NCBI GenBank assembly: GCA_000708835.1
Contig: DF237375.1
Location: 15,351 to 79,350 of the forward strand
Direction of reading: 5' to 3'
Source: Klebsormidium nitens
Taxonomy: Eukaryota > Plantae > Klebsormidiophyceae
DNA length: 64,000 bases
The notes beneath the pieces were generated by a model. That model had not been told where the DNA came from and did no database searches. It was given only the letters and a program-made list of their open reading frames with translations. The translations under genes and the position numbers were made by a program. This document shows positions 49,356 to 60,741 of the stretch, one piece after another (position 1 is the stretch's first letter; each line of letters opens with the position of its first letter).

Positions 49356-52300
49356 ATGCAGGCATCTTGTGACATCGTCATGGCTACTGCAAGGCCTTCC
49401 TTCTTGCAGTCTGCGTTGTTTACACGCGGTCTTTGTGGTGAGGCTCCGGGGTCTGATGCGCGGCGGTTTCAAAATCCAAGGAGGCCACATCAGAAGGCAT
49501 GTCCAGCTGCAAGGAGGATCACAAGAGCTTATCCTAGTCACAGGGCTACCCTGCCAGCCCCGAGCACACCTAATCCAGCAACCCCTAATGCTAAAGACAC
49601 CTCTTCAGCTCACAGCATTCAATCTGCAGAACCTAATCAAGCAAACGGACAGCAAGCAGAACCTATTCCTGGCTCTGAAGCCGCCCCTAGCAAGGAAGGC
49701 ATTGATTCCCCAGGTAGAGCTGCTAGCGTCTCAGGGAAGAATGGATTGCCAGCATGTCAAGCTGAGAGAAACCCATCGAGAAGACAAGTCCTTTCCACTG
49801 TTCTTACAGCAGCAGGGGGGAGCTGCATTCTCGATCAGGCCCCTAGCACAGCTGATGCCGCTTCTCTTTTCCCCACCCCCCCAAGTGACACTTTCCCCTC
49901 ATCCTGGTTAGGCAACACCGTGAGCGAATGCAGTATCAGCGGAGTGTCTGCTCTCAGAGACCCAGTTCTAAACCGGGGCCTCACCCTGACTGCAGCTCAG
50001 AGACAGAGCCTGGGGATCGAGGGCCTGCTGCCCCCTGTGTTTGAAGAACTAGGTACGGAGATAGAGCGCGCGTTGTGGAACCTGGAACAGTGTACGACGG
50101 ATCTGCAGAAGTACCAGTATCTGGTGACGCTCAAGGAGACGAACGAGGCGTGCTTCTACGCACTGCTGATGGAGAGGACACAGGAGCTGCTCCCAATCGT
50201 GTAAGTGATAAGTCATATGGTCTTGTGCTGTTCAAGCAAAGCAAGAAAGCTGAAAGTGAGATGAGACTCAGCAAGTGTAGCATCTCCCACCGGGATCGGC
50301 TGCAAGGATATCCTTCCGTTCTACTTGTTGTCTTGAAACAAAATGCTTCGGGTTTTAGGCGGCTGTCAGACTTTTGGACGGAATGCGCAAACTTGGGTGA
50401 CAAGATGAGTACATAGCGAATTGAGTACATGGGAAAATCTCCTTGGCTGATCGAACCAGCGTTTATTATGAATCAAAGCAGCGATTGTTTTGGAACGATA
50501 ATGACACTGCAAAGGCCAACCACTAGAATTGGAAACAGGGTGTCTGCTGGCGGATACACATCAGCTTGCATGTTCCACAATCTCTGCTATGCAATAATGA
50601 CTGCTCTCACAATTCCACAGGTACACTCCAACCGTAGGCGATGCGTGCCTTAACTTTGGGACGCTTTCGCCGAGGCCAATGGTAAGTCAGATGATCCCGC
50701 AATACCCGGCCTTGCTTGGAGATGTTTATATGTTTATATGAGCAGCTGCTTTCCCAGGTCGCATATGCTAAAGCAATGGAACATCCAGAGCGATGGATTC
50801 TTTCAAAGCGACCTACTCTTGTGTATGACAAACACAGTCGTCATTGTCCCCAATGATGTGAGAATTGGAATGGTTCCCTAATACATAGGTTTGTAAGAAA
50901 TCAGTCACATTAATATCCAGCTCACCGTCTTCAGTCGATCGAAACCGAAGCGAAATTCGCTGATTCTACTTCGTGCCGTTTCTGCCAGGGGCTCTACGTC
51001 TCAGTAGCAGACCGCGCACCCGAGCGGATGATGCAGAATGTCAGCAGTTGGCCGGAAGATGACATCAGGATTGTGGTCATCACGGATGGGGAGCGAATAC
51101 TAGGACTTGGGGTGAGCTCCGCTCTCCAAAAACGTTAATTTTTCAACTTTGAAGTCCCACCTGTTTTCGAGTGACTGAGGGCTTTTGTCCGTGGTCCTTA
51201 GGACGTGCGTCTTTGAGTGAGGGGGGTCGAGAATCTGAAGTATCTGTATACGGTGGAGTGAAAGAGAACAACCTTTGAAAGCTTCTCCAGAGAGTTGCCT
51301 TCGTCTTCCAGAAGGACGGAAGACGCTCTCAGCCTGTCGAACCTCAGAAGTGTTTCTGATTGAGAACCGATCTGACAGCTGACCGGAACGTTGCTTGCAG
51401 GATCTGGGCGTTTATGGCATGGGGTGAGTGCCATCATTCCGTGGCTTGTTCCAATTTGTCCCCGCTTAATCTTCATCGTTCCAAGTCACCGCAAGCATTG
51501 CGATCCAAGAAAATATTTGATCATCCATAAAGATGAGTCTTCGAGCCGTCTGCACCAGCACTGAAGTGGTGATGAACTCAATCTGAAGGCTTACGCTGAT
51601 ATGTTTTTGATTCTGCATTCACTCTTGCGTCTGAATGACTTCCAATGCTGCACGCAGCCCTGTTACAAAAAGACGCACCTACCTGTTTTGGAGTACAGAG
51701 CAGACATAATTCTTCCGGGCAGCATTCTCCGGAATCCATTTTCGGCGGCCCCCCAAAACTTTGTCCGAGAGATTGCTCAGAAATTGCTTTTGCGGTCTGA
51801 TCTTAATCGCCTTCGCTATTCGTTTTCCGGATTCCAGAGACTTATTCTTGAAGTCGTAGGCTCCCCGGTGTTTCTGATCGGGCCTGCATAGCTGTTGGTG
51901 ACATAAGGAGGGAATCTTTCAGGACATTGCAGCTCTTGTTGCCTCCTGATCCTTCGTCCCGAGTCCTGGATTGTCTGTCCGGCCAGATCTCTCTTGCTCC
52001 CCTCCGAAACTCCTAGATCAACTCAAACGTTGTGTACGGCTTTTGATGGCGTCAGCACACTTGAGCAAATGCCAAAATCAGTGTTGCGTTGGCAGTGGCT
52101 GAAATCAAATTTCGGGATCTGTGTTTCGCTTACAATTTTGGTCTGGCGGGATGCAATGGGTTCTTCACCCTTTTTCTATTGCTTGAGCCTCAAATAGAAG
52201 GAGCGAGTCAAACTAAACCCAGTTTCTAAGCGAACCATTTTCAGTGGCAAACCCCGTTCCTAACCAGCCGCTCTTTTTGAAACCCCGTCAGGATTCCCGT

Positions 52301-55300
52301 GGGCAAGTGCATGGTGTAGCGGCTTGTGGTGGCGTCAGCCCACGTCAGCTGCTGCCAAACCTTGCTATCATTTTCGACTTCAAAGATAAGGAGCGAGTCA
52401 CTTTGAAGCCAGTTCCTAACCGACTTGAACGTGTTTATCAGCTAACCCGACATTTGGGGACCCCGTCAGAATTCCTGTGGGCAAGTGCATGGTGTACACG
52501 GCGTGTGGTGGCGTCAGCCCACGTCAGCTGCTACCCATCACTGTTGATGCCGGCACCAACAACGAGGCCCTGCGCAGCAGTCCGTTCTACTTGGGACAAC
52601 GGACGGAACGAGTCAGGTGGGTGTCAATGTTTCGAATCTGTAAGGCACGCTGAGAGCTTTGACACTTTCAATCAGCAGTCCGTTCTACCTGGGCAACTGA
52701 CGGGCCGAGTCAGGTGAGTGTCAATATTCAGTTTCTGGAAGGCAAGCCAAGAGCTTTGACAATGACCATCAGCAGTCCTTTCTTACCTGGGCAACTGACG
52801 GACAAGTCAGGTGGGTGTCGACGTTTCCACTCTACAAAGCAAGCAACAAGGTCCGACGCGTTCAATCGGCATTCCGTTCTCGGGCAACGGACGGAACGGA
52901 ACCTATGGGTGTCCATGGATTTTCTGCAATGCAACCGAAACTTTGCGCTGCCCATCCACGTTCCGCTCTGTCAGGGGCACCGGACGGAACGGGATACGAA
53001 AACAAGGGGGCAATAAGATTCGACGGATGTGATCGCGACCAGAGCGAAGATGGGGACCTGTCGATCCAGAGGGGTGGAACTTATAGTAGTTGTTGAAGTC
53101 TTCAATATCAGACGAAAGCTATTGATTCTCTCTGGATTTCTAGGGGCGTGCTTCAGAACTTGGAATGTAAGTAGTACGGGTCGTTTTATTCGGACCTGCA
53201 TCACCCCAAAGATAGGCATGCTACTTCTGCCCCATATCTACTCCCGGGCTCTTCCTGCATACGCAGGCGCTGCTTATATGAGCGCCTCCATGTTTCCAGC
53301 TTTGAAAAGGCCGCTTGTCCCTTTATGTGGGCTCGTCTTCAAGGCGAAGTCTTGGCTGATCGAAAGCGGCCGGCGGAGGAACGAAAACGCTTAGCAGCTT
53401 ACCGCCACAGGATCTACGGAGCAGGACGGGAAACCCACGGTCTGATTCGCGGCTTGCGAAGGAGCTCCTGAACATCATGGTCTGGGGACGTCGACCACAT
53501 ACTTCTCGATTTCATTTTGACTAAGAGCGCGTTGACTAAGGACAGTGCTCGGGGACTAAGGACAACAGTTACTAAAAACCTAAACCCAAAATTGACACGC
53601 TCCGCACCCGTACCCACCCTAACCCCCGAACCAACCCTACCCGTCCCCCGGGCGCCCTCCTTAGTCAACATGAAATCGAGACGAGTGTCGACCACTACTT
53701 TGTGCGACGAATTTTTGCGGACGTGTTCCTTCTGCTGTGCTTCCTAGGGGTGAAGAGTACGATGACGTCATGATTTCGTTGCTAGACGCGTTGCAGCGGC
53801 GGTACGGGTGCGGCGTGGTGATCCGCTGAAGGCAAAGCAAACTTCAGGGTTTGGGTGACGTTAGTCACTTACTGATGTCGTCTTCGTTCTGCTATGTATT
53901 CTAGGGGCGAGGAGTATGATGACGTCATGGACTCGCTAATTGACGCGCCGCGGCGGCGGTGCGGGAGCGGCGTGGTGACTGACTGAAGGCAAAGCAAACT
54001 TCAGGGTTTTTGGAGACGTCAGCCACTTACTAATAACGTCTTTTTTCTGCTATGTATTCTAGGGGCGAAGAGTATGATGACGTCATGGACTCGTTGATCG
54101 ACGCACTGCGGCGGCGGTATGGCGGCAGCGTTGTGATCCACTGGGAGGACCTTGGGGCGGGCAACTCGTGGCGCCTCCTCGAGCGGTATTCTGCGCGGCA
54201 GGTGCGCTGACGTCATTCCGCTCTGATGTGACGTCAGCTATTGTGCGAACAGCATCTTCTTTGCCCCGCTCATTCTGGAGGACGTTTAGCATGAGAGATG
54301 TCGGGACAACCATACGAGAACATACTAGCAACGACGCCAGGTGAGTTTATTAAGTCGTCACTTTGTTTGCCCGCCGAACTCACTCGATGTAAAAGTAACA
54401 TTCTGCGACATGATGCAACATCCTGGGAGGGTTGGTCACATGACGAAATGTTATCCTTCAGCGCGAAAGAAGACGTGAAGGCCATGCCAGAAGTTTGACG
54501 AGGAACAAAATCGAAGAGAAGAAGCAGACGCAACGCGGAAGTGAGGATTATGACGAACAGTCATCTCGAACAATCATCGCGAAACAAGGCAACGCCACAT
54601 CCAAACATTTGAGATGGCGTCAACTGAGACGTACTCCTCGTCAGGTGTGTACGTTCAACGACGACATCCAGGCGACCGCGGCAGTCGTTTTGGCGGGTCT
54701 GCTGAGCGCGCTGCGCATCACGGGGGGGCGGCTAAGGGACCAGCGGGTGCTCTTCTTCGGGGCCGGCCAGGTGAGGCCACGCCGCGTCACCTTGACCCTG
54801 ATGCTGACGTCATCTTGACTTTTTTTGCATTGGAAGTCCGGAGGGGTCCGAGTAAGGGACCAGTGACGTCTTTGCGGAGCTGATACTTGACGTCATCTCG
54901 ACGTGGGTGGTCTGTCATGCGGCGGAAACATGCCAGGGTTTCGTTTGTTGTAGCCTTTGCGGCTGCTTGTCTTTGGCGCCCAGCTGAGTTGCTGCCGCTG
55001 ATTGTCAGGCGGCGAAACGCCTGGAGTGCAGCTGTCGCCACCGCCTATTGTTTGACGTCAAGAATTTGACGCGACAGATTTCGTTGTTACTGAAGAGTTG
55101 AGCCCTGTTTGGCCAGCACCCCTTGTGAAATCGAGTCCATATGCGATTGAGTTGCCTTTTGGCTAAACCTTCAGACGGGGGCTGGTATGTGAAGATGGAA
55201 CGGCTGCGAAACGATTTTGACCCTTGTGAACTTCTGCGATCCGCCTGCTGTAGATCTCTCGAACAGGCGAGCATTGGCCCCGCCGATCAGATCATCTACG

Positions 55301-57237
55301 TCTCGAACGGGAGGGAGTCCCCGAGGTCGACGCCCTGGCGATCTGCTGGCGGTTTTCCTGCTTTTGGTGTCAATGATGTAGACTATTTCACTCAAGCAAC
55401 AGACCAACATATCAAGACTATATTTTACACCAAAGCTTGGAAGAGCATGTATTTTCTCTCGCACAGGCAAGCATTGGCACCGCCGATCAGATCACTTACG
55501 CCCTCCCGAAGCCGACGCCCGAGCAATCTGCTGGCAGTTTTCCTACCTGTGTGTCAAATGTAGACAATCTCACTGCGCAAGTGACCAACAACTTTAGAAT
55601 TCTGTTCTTACCAAACCCGAGAGAATCCTTGGAAAAGCGTGTAATATTCCTCGAACAGGCGAGTATTGGCACCGCCGATCAGATCATCTACGCTCTCACC
55701 CGTGAAGGAGTCCCCGAGGCCGACGCTCGGGCGATCTGTTGGCAGTTCGACTCTCGGGGCCTCATCTACCGGGGCAGAAGCTCCCTTACCGACCGGAAAG
55801 CGGCGTTTGCACATCCCTTACGGGAGAACACGTTCGACCCAACTTCGCTTCCTTCGACGATCGAGGCGCTGAGACCGACGATCCTGATTGGGGCGGCGGG
55901 AGTGAAGGGCGCCTTTGATGAGAAGGTGAGGTGGTTTGGCATCATTCTGGGTGTACGTATTGGAATAGTGTTCTGGTAGAGCTTGCGCTGCTGTTCTTGA
56001 AATCCGAAGTCTTTTCCAAGGTTGGCGTTGCTTCAGTGGGACGTTTCGCAGTTGCACGAAGGTTCGGCCTGCGGTTCTTCAGATTCGAACCTTTTGTGGA
56101 GGTTTGGAGCTCGCGGGTATCCACGTTGAAGACCACAGCGTTTCCTTTGACAACAGCTCGGCCCGAAAGGATCGCTCTTATTCCGCCCATGACTGGCGGG
56201 GTTCTTGCCCGGTGCAGTCAGTTGAGTGGCCGCAGATCTATACAAAGATACTGCAGATCTGTTTTCCCGCCCTTAGCGCCAATTAGTGGGAAACCTAAGT
56301 GTAGTGAACTTGTCTTTGTTGTCACCTTTCTTTTCGTCCCCTGCGTGGAACCGTTGAGTCTGATGGAAAAACTCACGTCGAACGATAGTTCGTTCCTCCT
56401 CGTAAAGGGCATTTGTACACGGGCTCCCTCTCCTTTGACCGGCGCAATCCCTTTTCAAGAATATGACAGTTTCCTCCTTACTGATTGGCTATGCCACGGC
56501 ATCACCTCTTTTTTTCAACGGCCCTGCTTCTATCTTCCGGTTATCCATACCTCTACAGACTGTTTTCCTTATCCGGTATCCATGTTCCCTGTCAAGGTAT
56601 ATGTCCCACTGTATCGCTTTTAGTATTATTTCCCCAGTACAGCCCATCCATCAACACCGAAACACCCCGTCCGCTCCTCGGGAACTCTGAACCGTGCATG
56701 TTTCTGCAGGTCCTGAAGAGCATGGCAGCAGTCACCGATCGCCCAATCATTTTCGCTCTATCGAACCCTGTGTCGAAATCAGAGTGCACTCCCTGGGAAG
56801 CCGTCTTCGAAACCAAGGGCCGCGCGGTTTTCGCCAGCGGAAGCCCCTTCAAACCCATCGTTTACGATAACCAGACCATGACCACAGGGTTTGCAAACAA
56901 CGCGTTTATATTCCCCGGGGTCGGGTTGGGTACAATCTCCTCGGGAGCGACAGCTGTCACCGACGAAATGATGTATTCCGCTGCGATAGCGCTGGCGGAA
57001 TGTGTAACGGAAGCGGACCTTTCCGCCGGAAGCGTCTATCCGTCCGCTAGTGGGATTAGGGACACCGCGTTGACAGTAGCGGCTGCCGTTGCGGCCAGTG
57101 CGGCAAGCGAGATGGTGGCGTCGTCAGTGAAAAGCGCGCAGCTTTGTTCTGCCGCGCAAGGACGGGACGCTGCCGCGTGGAGGCAGTGCATTGAGGGGCA
57201 GCGGTATCAACCGCAGTCCGCAGATCAGACAAGATGA
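49356..57237 (+). CDS. NAD(P)-dependent malic enzyme with a long N-terminal targeting extension (~752 aa)
   Basis: Exons 49356-50200, 50621-50681, 50989-51111, 51401-51423, 52470-52616, 54063-54201, 54645-54770, 55659-55925, 56710-57237 (2259 nt). Motifs [65 protein letters not shown]. The true start may be the second Met (MATARPS). Confidence 0.95.
52200..53000 (+). repeat. Acceptor echo (52292) and donor echoes (GT at 52714 and 52811, decayed copies further on) around malic enzyme exon 52470-52616
   Basis: ccccgtcag|.attcc.gtgggcaagtgcatggtgta is repeated; cagtccgttctac.tggg.caac.gac...gtcag|gtg is repeated at a 97-bp period. Confidence 0.9.
53720..54140 (+). repeat. Two acceptor echoes (53748, 53905) of malic enzyme exon 54063
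   Basis: ctag|ggg.gaagagta.gatgacgtcatg...gcggcgg recurs at a 157-158 bp period. Confidence 0.92.
55255..55760 (+). repeat. Two acceptor echoes (55267, 55467) of malic enzyme exon 55659
   Basis: acag|gc.ag.attggc.ccgccgatcagatc recurs at 200 and 192 bp spacing. Confidence 0.92.
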
Positions 57238-58517
57238 TGTTGTATGTAGGTCCTCGATGAGTGAACTAGGACGCGTTGCAGTTTTGTTAGATTAGGTTGC
57301 GCGCTAGATAAAGCGTTACCAGTGAAGTTGCTGACCATATGACAGCTTCATGGGGCAATCTGGCCCATTCAAATTGACGGTACTTGTTGAGCTATCGCTC
57401 CGGTTCCGTCACTGTGAACAGAAAGCCTCACCGTCATGGTTGCATAACGTAGTACATGATCACTATCTGCATTACTCCGCGGCCGCCGCGCCATGCGAGC
57501 TTCCAATCATATAGCGTCTGCAGCTAGCTATACTGCACGGTCGATATGTGCGCAGCCCCTCGTACTAAGTTCGAGCGGACGGACTGTTTTTAGCTGTTCA
57601 GTTTCAATGAATCGCTAGTCCGTATACTGATCCAGACAACGACTCTTCGCAATTGCAATGCTGCCCGAGCATGCGAGCGGATCGATGAATGGAACGTGAT
57701 GATCGGATGCACACATATTATGGGTTTGCACAATCGGCTTATCATAGTATAGCCAGAATGGTACTAGACCACATGGTATACTAAGCTGATGATTGATCGC
57801 GGAGATGCCAACAATGTCAACGATTCAGTCTAAGTTCGCCGTCCGACATCTTCGTTAGACGACAACTTGATGTTGTCGATGCTCTCTCGATTCCATGAAC
57901 GGTAAAACTCTCAGCTTGTACACAACTGTCACCTAACTTCCGTTAAAATACAAATGGTTCGCTTGTCTATCTGTCAACCTCAAAGCCCGCTATTCAGGCA
58001 TGCCCTTCGAGGAGCGCAACACAGCATAACAAGCGTTTTGTACAATAAACACAGTCGTGGCGCGACACAGCGTAACAAGTGTTATGTAAAATAAAAACCT
58101 TTCGTCACTCAATCGGAACCTGAGGAGAAACTGCTATTGAATGTCAGTACCTGACGTTTTGGTTCATCCTGGATCTAATTCTGGTAACCTGCGCAGAAAA
58201 GTACTGAACCCAGATCAGTACCGAAGTAAGCGCAATCAGCCCGCACAAGCAGGCTAGCAAGGATAGGCTGATTGACTCGGGTGACAGCTGTGACTTTCAA
58301 AGGTCAGACGGAGCCAACAATCGCACAAGAAGCACACCAAAGTGGGTGGCCATCGAACGAGAGTGATCGACGAAACAAAGTGGAGGCAAGCGCAGGAGAG
58401 CAGTGGAAGAGGTTGCCTCCTGCAAGATGCATCTCCTGAAAACGAACGACTATCTGAAAGAGCGGCCTGTGAGCACGCAATGACACAGTGAAGGATGTAT
58501 GCGTTGACAGCACTTCC

Positions 58518-60741
58518 TCACCCTTCCGCTTCGATCTCCGCCCTTTCGAACAGATACTCAGCCACGATCCCCTCCTCTTCCAAATCTTCCGCCGTCTGAT
58601 TTACTTCCCTAGAAATTTCCCCTCTTCTTCTCGCCTCAGCATCTTTGTTCACCCTCACAACCTTCCCGGGCGTAATCGCCTCCGATCGGACGGCCGACTC
58701 TACCCCGGAAAACACATTTGACCGGTCCAAAAAGTGTACGAACGCGCCCAGGGCAAGCAGGTCCGAATCGCCGACTCGGACGCCGTTCACTGTGAGCCGG
58801 CCGGACTTCCCCTCTCGGAGGAAAAGCAGAGGGTACCCGTTTAAAGAACGTAAAATTACCGCGCGGCGGGCGGGTATGTCACGGGTGAGAATCTGAGCCT
58901 CGACAGTGTAGAACGGGAGGAGCTGCAAGAAGAGCGAAAAGCATAGACTGACTGTCGAAGCGATTCAGAAAACAAGAGCTAGAAGGGGTCGGAGATAAGT
59001 AAGGCTGACGCCCAACAGGGGAAGCTGCCGGGAGCGCATGGGAATCAAGCCGATACAGAGCATGGGGGCTCCCTAAAACGGGAGGGGAGCGCTACAATAG
59101 ATGCGGTTTTCAATCTGAGGGCCGGAGTTGCGGCGCATGAATCGCCAGTTTCAAACTCGGAGATGAAGCTCGAGCACAGCTGTCACTTCGATTGTATAAC
59201 GGCGAAGTTGTTTGACAATGTGAAATCAGTTGCCGACGCTGAGGTCGAATCATTCTGTCAAGCAAATAGACAATCTGAAATCTGTCAAGAGATGCTGGTT
59301 TCAAAAAGTATCCGTATAATCAGAATAGGACTTGGATCAACCCAACGTCCACAAGTGAACCATTATCTGACGTCTTCAACTTGCTTTCCTGACTTGCCAA
59401 TCCCTCCGTTATGTTCCAAGGGGTAACAACCAAATGGGATCTTTCTTCAGGCCAAGAGAGTCGCGGGTCACGACTCGAAAACTTACCACCTTGCTTCGCT
59501 GACAGGTTGCCGTTCCTAAGGAAAAGATGAAAAGAATGAAACGAAACACACTGTTTTCCCTTACCCTAGGCAGCAACCTAGGTACATTCCGCCAATCTCC
59601 AGTGTCACCGAAGATGGTATGGGCCAGGGTAATTAGGGCCAGGTCGGAGGGGACAAACAGTGTGAACGGGCCTGGCCCATACTCCCGCAACTCCTTGAGC
59701 ATTGAGCCTGCAAGGAAGAAAATGGGCGGAGAATGGCTGCCCGCTGCTAAGATTGACATACGTATAAGAAATATAGAAATCCGAGAAAACCTGCTTTGGT
59801 TGACCGACTGTGGACTCATTGCTGGTATGACAGCTTGAAAAGTTTTCGTAAGCATCAAAAACTCCAAGAACCAAGCCGTCCCCGAATCAGTGTCCACAAA
59901 GTGATCCACTTGAGCTTTCTGTACCACAAGCTTGAAAGCCAGGAGGATCTAGAAAAAAGTAAGGCAGGCAATCAGGGAAAGTTCGACACTCTGTTGTTGA
60001 GAAAGCTTCCTGTGGGTCACAGGGCTGGGGACGATCTGAAGCCCACCTGCGAACTCTGGCATGTCCCTTTGTGCAAGCACCCTTGGTTCAAAAGGTTTAG
60101 GGACGGGTTGTGGTCTCAGAAACTGATGAGTCCCATGTTGTGGCCCCAGAGGATGATATGGTGTATGCTCTTCAGCGTCCTCATCTGGAGAAGCATGTAA
60201 TAATCAAGTCAACACGAAGCCGTTCAAGGTGACGGGAGAGCCACACTTGCAGCCTAGTGTAGATCATCAGAGGCACTTGTCATTCTGAAGTGTAAGTATC
60301 CAGGCTCTACGGGAACCTGTTCAGGATTGAACGGTCCACAGTTCATCATGGTGAATCATCACGTGACAAGAAAGTTGGTTGAAATACTTTCTGGTGATGG
60401 CAACAAGTTGGGCGAGAGTCTGGTAGAATCCAAGAAGGCTTGCATAAAAGAGACTGTCTACACACTCTCCTACAGTATCCAAAGCTGGTAACGTCAGTGA
60501 TTGGAGCAATCCTCCGTGCATAGGTAGTAAAGTAGCTTATTGCCATTCCCCTTCAGCTGGACTCACCATTATAACCAAGATAGAACAGGATCCCAAAGAT
60601 ACAGGCGAGCACGAAGAACGCCCCCCGTGCCTGCTTGCGCGCAAGCTGCCCCCTCTTTGCTGCTGTATTTGCATCTATCCAAGCTGGTTGGTTGTCATTC
60701 AGTGGTGCTGATTGAGCTGAGGAAAAGTAGAATTCGTCCAT
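58518..60741 (-). CDS. Fasciclin (FAS1)-domain protein with an N-terminal signal-anchor (~286 aa)
   Basis: Proposed exons 60741-60567, 60184-60047, 59707-59565, 58922-58518, phase-consistent. TM GAFFVLACIFGILFYLGY; FAS1 H1-like GPFTLFVPSDLA and H2-like TVNGVRVGDSDLLALGAFVHFLD. The exon structure is less certain than the domain call. Confidence 0.7.

Noticed and set aside
59850-59950. Possible extra FAS1 exon (ILLAFKLVVQKAQVD...)
   Set aside because: Its reading frame needs a phase-0 start, but the flanking exons join in phase 1 without it.
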